Of a stretch of 37,074 bases of DNA, positions 24,523 to 32,993 are shown in pieces. The first letter of the stretch is position 1. The number at the start of each line of letters is the position of its first letter. The notes under the pieces are model-generated. The model had not been told where the DNA came from and made no database searches. It saw nothing but the letters and a program-made list of their open reading frames with translations. Source of the stretch: a virus (lineage: Duplodnaviria; Caudoviricetes); IMG/VR virus record IMGVR_UViG_3300016484_000315, positions 1 to 37,074 of that record, one strand, 5' to 3'. A program made the translations under genes and the position numbers.

Positions 24523-26321
24523 TGTGTAAGTCTCTGAAGCTGCGCGTTGCTTAGGCGCTGGCGATAATAGGTGATGGACTTGATCCAGCCGTTCCACGCA
24601 AGCGAAGTGTTGCCGTTGCCAATCTGAAGCTGATTGACGGTTGGCACAGCAGATTGTGGAGTGACCGAAATTCCGGTGCCTGCAAATGCTGCACCCTGAT
24701 CGGATGCTTTATATGCAAACCCCAACTTATTGAATATGTTGGCAGGCCATGAGCCACCGGATGCCGAATAGTTCCCAGACGAGCTTACGTACCGAACAAG
24801 CGGCGTAAGGAGATCGTTCCTGAGAACAATTCTGTTGCTGGAGGTTCCGTCATCAACGCCCATAATCGCAGGCGTTGTTGCAGACCCTTCAACAGCACCG
24901 TCAGCAATAAACGTCCCCTCGCTCTGGTTGTACCACGAGGAGAAATTCGTGCCCGTCATGGACGCTAGGTCAGCCGCACGCGCAACGGAGGACGCAGCAG
25001 TCGGTATGTAGCTCGTGGCGAAGGAGCCTGCTTCAAGCTGCAAGCCCCAAGCGTACCAAGTCTGTGATGTTCCCGTGTAGGAATTGCCAACGGTGCTTCC
25101 AACATTCGGAGCAGTCGACACGTTGGACCCGGCAAGAACGGCATTGCCTGTGACATTTGCGAACGTAAGCCAAGTCAGCCAGATGCGATATATGCCGTTA
25201 CCCACGTTCTGGTATCCGGACGAAATGACATTTGCCGTCGCGTTTATCGCAAGAGTTTGCGTATCGAAGGTGATCCACGGGTACGTGCTTGCAGCGGTGT
25301 TTTCCCCGCGCAATGAAATATAGCGTTGAGTGCCGGGCTTTACGAACACACTGACGGTATAAGTCACACCGGCAGTCAACGACATTCCGGTGCCGAAGAA
25401 ATAGTGCGATCCAGTCGATGTGTCTTCCGTGATGAAGTTAAGGGAATTTGAAACTCCGTCCGGCCCTGTTCCAGACCGAGTTATAGAAAGCCCGCCCTTG
25501 ATGTAACTGGAAGTTGTGAAGTCCCCAGAGTTGACGGCTAGGTTCGTCCGCGCCTCTTCGGTCAGCAGGCCCTTCGGCTGCAAGGTGACCGGATCGTAAT
25601 CAAAGCGCGGGCCGTAATACGCGGCGCTCGTCGTCGGATTGTACGGGCCGGGGGTCGTCTGGTAGGTGACGGCTTCGAGTTGCGCCCAGCACCATTCAAT
25701 GCCCTGACCGACAGCGCCTGAAAGGTAAAAACCGCCGCCGTTTGCGCTTGTAGATAGTTGGGTGGCTTTGAAATAGATCCTTTGCCACTCAGTTGTCAGC
25801 GTAACCGTTGATCCGGTCTGCCAAGTGCTGCCATCGAAAATTGCGGGCTTGAGCGTCGAGGGATTGTTTCCGAAAGACCGGACCCATGCGCTGACAATGT
25901 AATTCGTCCCGCCAATAAGCGTGACACCCATTCGCGGGTAAAAATTGCCCGGAGATGCCAGCGTTATACGGTTGACTTGGCCCTGCGATCCGTCAGGAAG
26001 CGTTCCGGTCGAATTAGAGAATGTCGTTCCATCGACGACCCATTGCCCAGCGGCTTGCTTGCTTCCGTCATTGCTCCACAAACCTAGATTATTCGGCGCA
26101 TACGTCAGCTTGCCGGTGCTGTCGTAATACGTCGCGTTGGAATTGCGCGAGAAGGTGACGCCCTTAGCCGCCAGCTCCGCGCCGGAGGTCATATTGGCGA
26201 AGTTGAGGTTCAGCGACGGCCCGCCCTGCGAGCGGACATGCGGCCCACGGCCAGCCTCATAAAAATAAGGCAGCTTGCGGAACGACGCGCGGCGATTGAA
26301 GGGCGGGAACAGAGCGGTCAT
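24519..26321 (-). CDS. putative head spike / fibre with carbohydrate-binding-like and LamG-like beta domains
   Basis: 600 aa, Ser/Thr/Gly-rich; TFSRNSNATYYD, PRFDYDP...GLLTEEARTNL, QLEAGSFATSYIPT motifs; two related internal modules. Confidence 0.72.
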   Translation of the reverse strand: MTALFPPFNRRASFRKLPYFYEAGRGPHVRSQGGPSLNLNFANMTSGAELAAKGVTFSRNSNATYYDSTGKLTYAPNNLGLWSNDGSKQAAGQWVVDGTTFSNSTGTLPDGSQGQVNRITLASPGNFYPRMGVTLIGGTNYIVSAWVRSFGNNPSTLKPAIFDGSTWQTGSTVTLTTEWQRIYFKATQLSTSANGGGFYLSGAVGQGIEWCWAQLEAVTYQTTPGPYNPTTSAAYYGPRFDYDPVTLQPKGLLTEEARTNLAVNSGDFTTSSYIKGGLSITRSGTGPDGVSNSLNFITEDTSTGSHYFFGTGMSLTAGVTYTVSVFVKPGTQRYISLRGENTAASTYPWITFDTQTLAINATANVISSGYQNVGNGIYRIWLTWLTFANVTGNAVLAGSNVSTAPNVGSTVGNSYTGTSQTWYAWGLQLEAGSFATSYIPTAASSVARAADLASMTGTNFSSWYNQSEGTFIADGAVEGSATTPAIMGVDDGTSSNRIVLRNDLLTPLVRYVSSSGNYSASGGSWPANIFNKLGFAYKASDQGAAFAGTGISVTPQSAVPTVNQLQIGNGNTSLAWNGWIKSITYYRQRLSNAQLQRLTQ

Positions 26322-26593
26322 GCGTAATAGCTGATGTTCAGAGTTGCGCTGGCGGCCTGCTGGATGAACCGGATGCGGCTCAGATCGCCGTCGTAGTTCA
26401 GGCTTTCACCGACCGCGACCGGCATCCCGACGCTGGACGTCGGAGCCACGCCGTCGTCACGCCAGCGCACAGCCTGCGATTCCGGGGTGATAAGCGCCAT
26501 CGTCGCGCCGGTCGGGACCGTCAGCGCCGTAGAAGCGGACAGAGAGGTGATCTGCTGGTAACCCAAGCAAACAGTGGTTGATTTCAGGCCCAT
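26318..26593 (-). CDS. small virion protein (possible head-spike base)
   Basis: ATG at 26593 with GAGG RBS; 91 aa beta-rich (VRWRDDGVAPT); coupled to the fibre gene. Confidence 0.7.
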   Translation of the reverse strand: MGLKSTTVCLGYQQITSLSASTALTVPTGATMALITPESQAVRWRDDGVAPTSSVGMPVAVGESLNYDGDLSRIRFIQQAASATLNISYYA

Positions 26594-26600
26594 GGTCGCC

Positions 26601-26963
26601 TCACGCCAGATATTTGAGCTTGTACAGAGTAGTGTAGTACAGCCCAAGGATTTCGTCGATGATGTTCTGGAGCGGCGTGCAGTCCTTATCGACCACCTTA
26701 TACCGCATCTCTTCCAAGTCTTCGGCTTGACCTTCCAAAAACTCGATGATGTTGTTGGTCTTTTCAGCCGACATGAGCGAAATCGGCCCAATCAGGCCGT
26801 ATTTGCCCTGATAAGCCTCAGCAAACTTGTCCGCAAGGTCGATCACGCCGTCATAGAAGCCGCCCAAGGCGCTGTGTTTGGCGAACGAACGGGTGTTCAG
26901 ATGGACCGAATGGGCCACATCGCGCGCCAAGAACATCTTTCCGATAAAATCCGCGCATTTCAT
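26601..26963 (-). CDS. ferritin/Dps-like four-helix protein (DUF5856-like)
   Basis: H..H.NTRSFAKHSALGGFYD...D.FAEAYQG...LYKLKYL pattern. Confidence 0.7.
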   Translation of the reverse strand: MKCADFIGKMFLARDVAHSVHLNTRSFAKHSALGGFYDGVIDLADKFAEAYQGKYGLIGPISLMSAEKTNNIIEFLEGQAEDLEEMRYKVVDKDCTPLQNIIDEILGLYYTTLYKLKYLA

Positions 26964-29116
26964 TGCGGAAGACCCTCCAGCGGCGGTTCAAACGGCAGTT
27001 GCGGCATTTCTTCGCCCATCTGCATAGGCATCTGGCGGGCGGGCGCGCCACCCGGCACGATGTCGCCCGTGTCCATCGCCGCCGCAATCGTGCCCATCAC
27101 GATGTCTTGCACCTGCTCGGGCGTCATGCCCGCCTGAACGGCGGAAATGCGTTTCGTCTCGGCGTCATACGCTTTGATCTGCACTTCCTGCTGCTTCAGC
27201 GACGTTTCGATGCCGTTGACGGCCTCAACCATGCGGTTAAGCTCCTGCGTCAGCGCGTCGATCTGCATCTTGGCGGCCTGCATTTCCGCCGAATCGTCGG
27301 AACCTTCCAGAACCTTCGGGTCAATGATCTTGGCGAACCGCTTCGCCATCTCCTGCGCGCCCGGCCAATCCATGTTCTTGATGAACAGATCGCCCGCCAC
27401 CGTCCAAAGCTGCGGATTGGACTGAAGCAGCATGGACATGGCGTCAAGGGCTTCTTGACGCTTGGTCATGTAGCCCGGCCCGGTGGTGACGCAGACGTCG
27501 TACAGGCCCACGCTGGGGTTGTAGATTTTCTCAATCACCAGCATCGGGTTGTTCGGGTCGCGGATCTCCTTGACCGGCTCCGGCTGCATCGGGTTAATCT
27601 TGACCATGCCGACTTCGCCGTCGACGCCGACGATGCGCGCGACGCGCTCGGTGTCGTAAATCTTCGGGATCATGTCCACGAGCTGCCGCGTGACGTAGCG
27701 CACGGCGCGGGCGAGATTGTCGACGTAATGGTACGTGCCCGTATCGCCCTGCTTTTCACGGGCCAAGATGGCGCGGCCAGACCGCTCGTTGCTGGCCGCC
27801 CCGAGAGAACTGTCGTACTGACCCGTGGTCGACTTGATGTCGTCCGCCGCGCCCAGTTTGGCCTGAATGAGGCCCGTCTGCGGCAGAGGCGGCGCAGCGC
27901 GCTGCGGCAGCGGGAGAGGATTGCCAAGACCATCGGTAGCGTCGGCGTTGACCTCCAGATACGGCCAATTGGTCGTGTTGGCCGTCTTCCACTGCATCTC
28001 GTAGCCCTCGAACTGGCCGCCATAGCCAATGAACGGGGCTTTCGGGGCCAGCGCGAGCATTTCTGCTTCCTGACTGACCCAGTAGTTGTACATGCGCTGC
28101 GCATCCTTGGCGTTGCGCACCAGACCGGACACGTAAATCTGTCCGTCGACCTCGAACTCGTTGCCGATGACGCGGACGACCGGAATCCAGCGCCCGGCCC
28201 AGTCCCGCTCCTCAAGGATCTCGAACCCGTTAGTTTTGATCCACTTGACCTGACGGCGGTCGACGGGGCGGCTGCGCAGAGGCTTGCCAAACTGCGCCTT
28301 GAGCTGACGGTCCTGCGGCGTGTCGGCGTAAGCCGTGATGTTGCCGGGGTACAGGTTCAGCGTCGTGCGCTTGTATTCGTAGTAGAAATACTCAGCAATC
28401 CGTACCGTGTCTTCGGACAGCCACTGGCTCGTACTCTGGTCGCCCACGCCCTGCGACATCAGCGAGCTGACCGGCGCGGCGTCTGGGAACATCCGCTCGT
28501 ACTCGGCCTTGGTCAGGTCCTCGGTGATAAAGCACCATTTGGCGTCCGCGCCGCACGGGTCCTGAATGGTCGGGTCCATGTAGACTGAGAACGAGTTGCG
28601 CACCCGCCCAATCTTCAAGTCCTGATCGAAGCTGTCGTCGCGGGTGTACTCCGTCAGAATGCGGATGTAGCCCTCGCCGTAAGTGACCTGATTGTCGCAA
28701 GCCGTGTCGTAGGCGACGTCAGCGTCCGAAATGTACTCGATGTGCTTGATCATCCCGTCGAAGATTTCCGCCACGCGGATGTCCGCGCGGTCGTCGGCGG
28801 GGATGACCTTGCCCGTGGGCCGGTTCTGACGCTGCTCGTTGGTGACCTGCCGGACGTGCTGCGGCAGCTTGTTGATGGTCAGGCAGGGCCGGGCGTTGAT
28901 CGTCTGCCCCTGCACCGAGCCGCGCGTCTGTAGGACGTCGGCGGGCCACTGCCACTGATTGTCAGGGCTGCCCGCCATGAAGCGCAGGTCGTCCAGCTCG
29001 TCTTCGCGGCTGTCCGAATAGGCGGCCATCGCCATCGTGAAGCGCGCCCGCATGGTGGCGAGGCGGTCGTCCTTGTTGTCCGATACCTTACCGGCGGCGG
29101 TGACGTCCTTAGCCAT
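26960..29116 (-). CDS. portal protein (P22 gp1-like)
   Basis: 718 aa; RPCLTINKL, GLVRNAKDAQRMYN, SGRAILAR, C-terminal barrel helix; follows the terminase. Confidence 0.93.
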   Translation of the reverse strand: MAKDVTAAGKVSDNKDDRLATMRARFTMAMAAYSDSREDELDDLRFMAGSPDNQWQWPADVLQTRGSVQGQTINARPCLTINKLPQHVRQVTNEQRQNRPTGKVIPADDRADIRVAEIFDGMIKHIEYISDADVAYDTACDNQVTYGEGYIRILTEYTRDDSFDQDLKIGRVRNSFSVYMDPTIQDPCGADAKWCFITEDLTKAEYERMFPDAAPVSSLMSQGVGDQSTSQWLSEDTVRIAEYFYYEYKRTTLNLYPGNITAYADTPQDRQLKAQFGKPLRSRPVDRRQVKWIKTNGFEILEERDWAGRWIPVVRVIGNEFEVDGQIYVSGLVRNAKDAQRMYNYWVSQEAEMLALAPKAPFIGYGGQFEGYEMQWKTANTTNWPYLEVNADATDGLGNPLPLPQRAAPPLPQTGLIQAKLGAADDIKSTTGQYDSSLGAASNERSGRAILAREKQGDTGTYHYVDNLARAVRYVTRQLVDMIPKIYDTERVARIVGVDGEVGMVKINPMQPEPVKEIRDPNNPMLVIEKIYNPSVGLYDVCVTTGPGYMTKRQEALDAMSMLLQSNPQLWTVAGDLFIKNMDWPGAQEMAKRFAKIIDPKVLEGSDDSAEMQAAKMQIDALTQELNRMVEAVNGIETSLKQQEVQIKAYDAETKRISAVQAGMTPEQVQDIVMGTIAAAMDTGDIVPGGAPARQMPMQMGEEMPQLPFEPPLEGLPQ

Positions 29117-29274
29117 TACTTGCCTTTGCGGCTGCTGGAGGCCGCCTTCTTGGCGGCGTCGCGCTTGACGTTGTAGGCAATGGCGACCGCCTGCTTCTGA
29201 GGCTTGCCAGCGGCCATTTCCGTCTTGACGTTCTTACGAAAGGCGTTTTTGCTGGTGGACTTGACGAGAGGCAT
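29116..29274 (-). CDS. small basic protein (52 aa; not in the ORF track)
   Basis: MPLVKSTSKNAFRKNVKTEMAAGKPQKQAVAIAYNVKRDAAKKAASSSRKGK*; TGATG and TAATG coupling on both sides. Confidence 0.85.
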   Translation of the reverse strand: MPLVKSTSKNAFRKNVKTEMAAGKPQKQAVAIAYNVKRDAAKKAASSSRKGK

Positions 29275-30800
29275 CAGGAAGCCATCCAAGAAGTCGGAAT
29301 TCCAGCCGGAGAGTAACCTTTGCTGTTGCGGGTGTCAACGCGGGCCTCTCGGTGCGCCACAGGGAAGGCGAATGTCACGGCTATGGCGTCGGCGGCGTCG
29401 GGCGAGGCCAGCCCTCGGGCTTTCATGTCCTTCTTGCTCTCCAAGAAGATCGTCCCTTTCGAATCCGGCTTCATCAGCGGCCCGACCAGATCGTTTTTCA
29501 AGAACCTATCCTCGGGCAGGCTCGCCGTCTTGAGCCACTCCCGCATGGCGCCCCACATTTCGGCCCGCTTGTTGCCCCACATCAGCGGATTGCGCGACTT
29601 GGCCCCGAAGTTGACGCCCCTGATCTTGTACCGCTGCTCCTTGAGCCGGTCGACGACGCCCGCGCCCAGTCCGCCCTCGTCGATGACCACCAGCGCTGGC
29701 TTGAATTCCTCGATGGCGTCGATGACCCGTCCGACCGTCTCCATCGTGTCGTCGCCCCGGTGCTTGCGTATGGCGATGACGTCGCGGCCTTGCCGCACGG
29801 CGATGACGGTCGCGTCCGCCCCGAAGCGCGCCGGGTCGACGCCGATGACGATGGGGGCGCTGTAGTCCTTCCAGCGCGGGCGGCGCATGGCGTCGTCGAC
29901 CAGATGCGCTCCGATGAACTGATCGTCGGAGGCGTTGGGAAACTGACCGTAGACCTCGACGTGCGCTTGGCTGCTGTCGGGGCCGTATTCGTCGATGATG
30001 CGCTGGTAAACCGCCTTGTCCGTCCCCTCGACCGCGCGGGCGTCGACCATCTTGGTCCGCCAGAAGTCCCGTTTCGAGTGGTGCGTCTCGTAGAAGTAGC
30101 CGCTGTTGCGGCGCGGGTTGGAGAAAGCCAGATGGAAGCGGTGTGGCGTGTTCTCGGTGAAGAACCCGTCGCTGACCGCCCAGATGGCGTCGTCGATGCC
30201 GCTCGCCTCGTCGAAGATCAGCATCACGCCGTCGAAGTTGTGGACGCCCGCGTAAGCGTCGGGGTTCTCGGCGCTCCAGAGACGCCCCTCGATGCCCCAG
30301 TAGCGCGTGCCCTTGCGCAAGTCCTTCTCGACCAGTTCCGTCATCCATTTGGCGGGCATGACGCGGGTGGCGCTGACCTCGAACCAATGACTGTTCAGGC
30401 TCATGCTGAGCCATTTGGTGATTTCCGCCCACGTCACCGAGCGGAGCTGCGCCTCGGAGTTGGCCGACACGATGGTGGTCGAACCGATGCGCGTCGACAG
30501 CATCCATAGCACCAGCCAGCTCACTAGCGCCGACTTGCCGATGCCGCGCCCGGACGATACCGACATGCGAAACGTGTCGAAGTCGACCTTGCCGTTGTTC
30601 TGCTTGATGTGGTCCGCCAGCTCTGTCAGCACCTCGCGCTGCCATTTGCGCGGGCCGGTAAAGTGTTCGAGCGGCGTGTCCTTCTGCCCCCACGGGAAGT
30701 TCATCAGGACGAAGTTAAGCGGATTGTCCTTGATCGCCGGAGCCCACAGCCGCGCCATCAACTCCATTTCGTCGCTGGGTGAGTATATTGGCGTCTGCAC
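29274..30800 (-). CDS. terL: terminase large subunit
   Basis: Walker A SGRGIGKS, Walker B LIFDEASG, SNP coupling motif, nuclease GVDPARFGAD and SPDAADA. Confidence 0.95.
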   Translation of the reverse strand: MQTPIYSPSDEMELMARLWAPAIKDNPLNFVLMNFPWGQKDTPLEHFTGPRKWQREVLTELADHIKQNNGKVDFDTFRMSVSSGRGIGKSALVSWLVLWMLSTRIGSTTIVSANSEAQLRSVTWAEITKWLSMSLNSHWFEVSATRVMPAKWMTELVEKDLRKGTRYWGIEGRLWSAENPDAYAGVHNFDGVMLIFDEASGIDDAIWAVSDGFFTENTPHRFHLAFSNPRRNSGYFYETHHSKRDFWRTKMVDARAVEGTDKAVYQRIIDEYGPDSSQAHVEVYGQFPNASDDQFIGAHLVDDAMRRPRWKDYSAPIVIGVDPARFGADATVIAVRQGRDVIAIRKHRGDDTMETVGRVIDAIEEFKPALVVIDEGGLGAGVVDRLKEQRYKIRGVNFGAKSRNPLMWGNKRAEMWGAMREWLKTASLPEDRFLKNDLVGPLMKPDSKGTIFLESKKDMKARGLASPDAADAIAVTFAFPVAHREARVDTRNSKGYSPAGIPTSWMAS

Positions 30801-31212
30801 CCGGATTGTCCTCCAAGACCTTGTACGCGCCGTCGATGACGCGCTGTTGCGCCAGATCGAGCGCGTGCTTGATTGAGATCGTCTGTTCGACGCTGACTTC
30901 GACGGCCTGTTTGGCGACCCAGCCGTGAGCGTGCTTCAGAATCTCCAGCGCCGCTTTGGCGTCGCCGCCGCGCGCCGCTTCATGCAGCAGGCCGGACAGC
31001 TCCATCTCGCCGTCCGCGCGGCCCTTCAGTTCAGCCAATTCCGCCAGCGGGTCAAACTGGACAAGCTGCCGGTATTCGGACGGCAGCAGGCCCGCCGCGA
31101 GCGCCAGCGCGTCGCCCTTCAGACCGTTTCGCGCGGCCTGATAGATGGCGTCCAACCGCGCCTCGGTTGCGCGGAGCTTACGCGGTTCGTGAGGAAGCGA
31201 AGCCCAAGTCAT
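30715..31212 (-). CDS. terS: terminase small subunit
   Basis: ATG at 31212; helical protein directly upstream of and overlapping terL; GDAKAALEILKH. Confidence 0.75.
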   Translation of the reverse strand: MTWASLPHEPRKLRATEARLDAIYQAARNGLKGDALALAAGLLPSEYRQLVQFDPLAELAELKGRADGEMELSGLLHEAARGGDAKAALEILKHAHGWVAKQAVEVSVEQTISIKHALDLAQQRVIDGAYKVLEDNPGADANILTQRRNGVDGAAVGSGDQGQSA

Positions 31213-31218
31213 AGCGCG

Positions 31219-31247
31219 ACTATACGTCAAGCATTGTTTGACGGCAA
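31219..31247 (-). promoter_or_regulatory. late/terS promoter with an embedded palindrome
   Basis: TTGCCG (31247-31242), 17 nt, TATAGT (31224-31219); palindrome cgtcaa-N7-ttgacg at 31225-31243. Confidence 0.65.
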
Positions 31248-31374
31248 GTTGGGGGCTGTTGCAATAAATTGTTTGGCGTTTGCGTTTGGCCGTAAAATAA
31301 AAATTTTTTGTGTGAACGCTGCGTTGTCGTTGACCGGTCAGCCGGGTCCCCCTCCCCCCGTGCCCGGCGCGGCC

Positions 31375-31434
31375 GGATGCAGCTGTATGCAGCTGGATGC
31401 AGTTGGATGCGTTTGTATACAAACGGACGCGGCT
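31375..31434. repeat. six degenerate 10-bp tandem units containing a 16-bp perfect palindrome
   Basis: ggatgcagct, gtatgcagct, ggatgcagtt, ggatgcgttt, gtatacaaac, ggacgcggct; cgtttgtatacaaacg at 31410-31425. Confidence 0.8.
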
Positions 31435-31446
31435 AAGCCGCCCCGG

Positions 31447-31545
31447 TCAGGGGAGGCTCGCCAGCGGGGAGAGGAAGTTGAGCAGGTAGACGAAGGCGCC
31501 AAGGGCGAGGAAGAGGCCGGAGAAGGCGAAGAGGATCGAGGACAT
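31447..31545 (-). CDS. 32-aa single-TM peptide (not in the ORF track)
   Basis: MSSILFAFSGLFLALGAFVYLLNFLSPLASLP*; RBS AACTGGAGCCAA; TTGACA at 31605-31600. Confidence 0.7.
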   Translation of the reverse strand: MSSILFAFSGLFLALGAFVYLLNFLSPLASLP

Positions 31546-31642
31546 TGGGTTGGCTCCAGTTCGTGTTGGCATGATCGTTATGCCACGGCCGCCAAAGGCT
31601 GTCAAACATTTTTTTGCAAGCCGCCAAACTTTTTTGAGCGTC

Positions 31643-31906
31643 TCAAGCGAGCTGGATTTTAGCGCGCGGCGAAACGCGCAGCATGTGGATTAGCGCGCCA
31701 GTTTGCGCTTGGACGTACGCGACGCCTTTAGGCGAGCGCATATCGACGCAAACGCTAGCTGGCAGATGAGGGCGCGCGGCGACGACAATAGACGCCAATT
31801 GCGGCTTGGTGAGCCAGCCGCGCACAAGCAAGGGCGCGAGCGCGTCGGTGAGTTCGGAGGCATTGGCGAAAGCGCGCGGTGGCAGGATGGTTTGCTGTTT
31901 TGGCAT
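31643..31906 (-). CDS. hypothetical protein
   Basis: 87-aa ORF from ATG 31906 with a weak GGGG RBS; no recognisable motif. Confidence 0.5.
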   Translation of the reverse strand: MPKQQTILPPRAFANASELTDALAPLLVRGWLTKPQLASIVVAARPHLPASVCVDMRSPKGVAYVQAQTGALIHMLRVSPRAKIQLA

Positions 31907-31998
31907 GTAAACCCCAGAATGAGCGAAAGATTGCCTACTACCGTAATATCTCATAGATCCTGAGCTTTTTCAAGCAGAAAAGCGTTAGATTTGGGGTT

Positions 31999-32484
31999 TT
32001 AGGCAGTCGGATTGCCTAAGCTAAGTGTTTGTTTTCTATGAGGTTTGGGGCGCGGGAGGGGGAGTTAGGCAATTTAGGCATAGGGGTTGAACTTGACCCC
32101 TCGCTTCGCGGGGAGATTGCGCGGGCCCGGCGGAGCTATTACATACATTAGCATTTACTAATATATTACAAATTTATCTAAATCATACTTCCACTACCTA
32201 AAATACCTAAACCTCGACAAACCCCCGCGCAATCAGGCACTTACGCCTAGGCAATCCCGCCGCGTTTCATGACAATCCGCTACCTAACGCTACCTAAAAA
32301 CATGCCCAACTGCGCCGCTTAGGCATTCTAGGCAACCGCTTTTGCGACTGCCCAAAATGCCTAACTCGACTGGCGCGCGTTTTCGGCGCAATCGAGGGGT
32401 GACAGCTTTTGTCACCCCTGCCAGCGCGCCAGTTGAGCTTGGGCATTTTAGGCAATGGCTTTCCAGGTTGCCCAAACTGCCCAT
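31999..32484. repeat. array of TRCCYAA heptamers in direct pairs and inverted orientation around an AT-rich core; putative origin or terminus region
   Basis: More than 15 copies of TRCCYAA/TTRGGYA, mostly 9 nt apart in pairs; AT-rich 32138-32190; long inverted repeat 32348-32455. Confidence 0.75.
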
Positions 32485-32550
32485 AATCCTGCGCGCGCAC
32501 AGGCGCGCCCGCGCGCGTCAAAAATTTTTTGATTTTCTGCAAGAAAAGTC

Positions 32551-32579
32551 TTTACAAGATCCACAGGCTCGCTTATGTT
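32551..32579 (+). promoter_or_regulatory. early promoter 1
   Basis: TTTACA, 17 nt, TATGTT, upstream of the first early ORF. Confidence 0.6.
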
Positions 32580-32635
32580 CATGTTCATGGGCGGCGGCGC
32601 TAACGACCGCGCTCACAACCGAAGGAGCCGAATCA

Positions 32636-32761
32636 ATGACCGCCACGCAAAAGCTTGAGGCCGCAATCGCCGCGCACCCCGTCCTAACTAGCTACGCATT
32701 CTTCTACCGTGCGCTGGGCCTGACTGACGCGCAGATCGTCGCGAAGTTCAGTCTGGATTAA
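32636..32761 (+). CDS. 41-aa first early protein
   Basis: AAGGAG RBS at 32622, ATG at 32636, followed by a hairpin. Confidence 0.7.
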   Translation: MTATQKLEAAIAAHPVLTSYAFFYRALGLTDAQIVAKFSLD

Positions 32762-32770
32762 CCGGCCCCA

Positions 32771-32798
32771 GAGGCGGGCGCTAAACGTCGCCCGCCTC
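32771..32798 (+). promoter_or_regulatory. 10-bp GC-rich hairpin after the first early gene
   Basis: gaggcgggcg-ctaaacgt-cgcccgcctc; no U-tract. Confidence 0.65.
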
Positions 32799-32808
32799 AA
32801 CATTCCGC

Positions 32809-32836
32809 TTGACTGTGCAAAACAATTCCTTACATT
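32809..32836 (+). promoter_or_regulatory. early promoter 2
   Basis: TTGACT, 16 nt, TACATT. Confidence 0.55.
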
Positions 32837-32870
32837 ACCCACAGAACGCAAATCAACCGGAGCACCGTTA

Positions 32871-32960
32871 ATGCCTGATTTTTCCGACTTTCTCGACGCC
32901 TTAACCGCTATCGCGCTTGTCGCGGGCGTTTACGTCGCCTCTGTCATTTTCCTTTCCTAA
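32871..32960 (+). CDS. 29-aa single-TM peptide (not in the ORF track)
   Basis: MPDFSDFLDALTAIALVAGVYVASVIFLS*; GGAG RBS at 32859. Confidence 0.65.
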   Translation: MPDFSDFLDALTAIALVAGVYVASVIFLS

Positions 32961-32993
32961 GCATCGACCCTAACCCTAACTGGAGCCAAAACC

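Noticed and set aside
26963-28588. Long + strand ORFs antisense to portal, coat, primase and other genes (for example 22027-23139, 3569-4420, 12961-14100)
   Set aside because: Shadow ORFs expected from high GC3; no motifs or RBS, and they fully overlap well-supported genes.
31999-32484. TTAGGC copies resembling eukaryotic telomere repeats
   Set aside because: They are not tandem, occur in both orientations and lie inside a phage genome; no protelomerase recognised.
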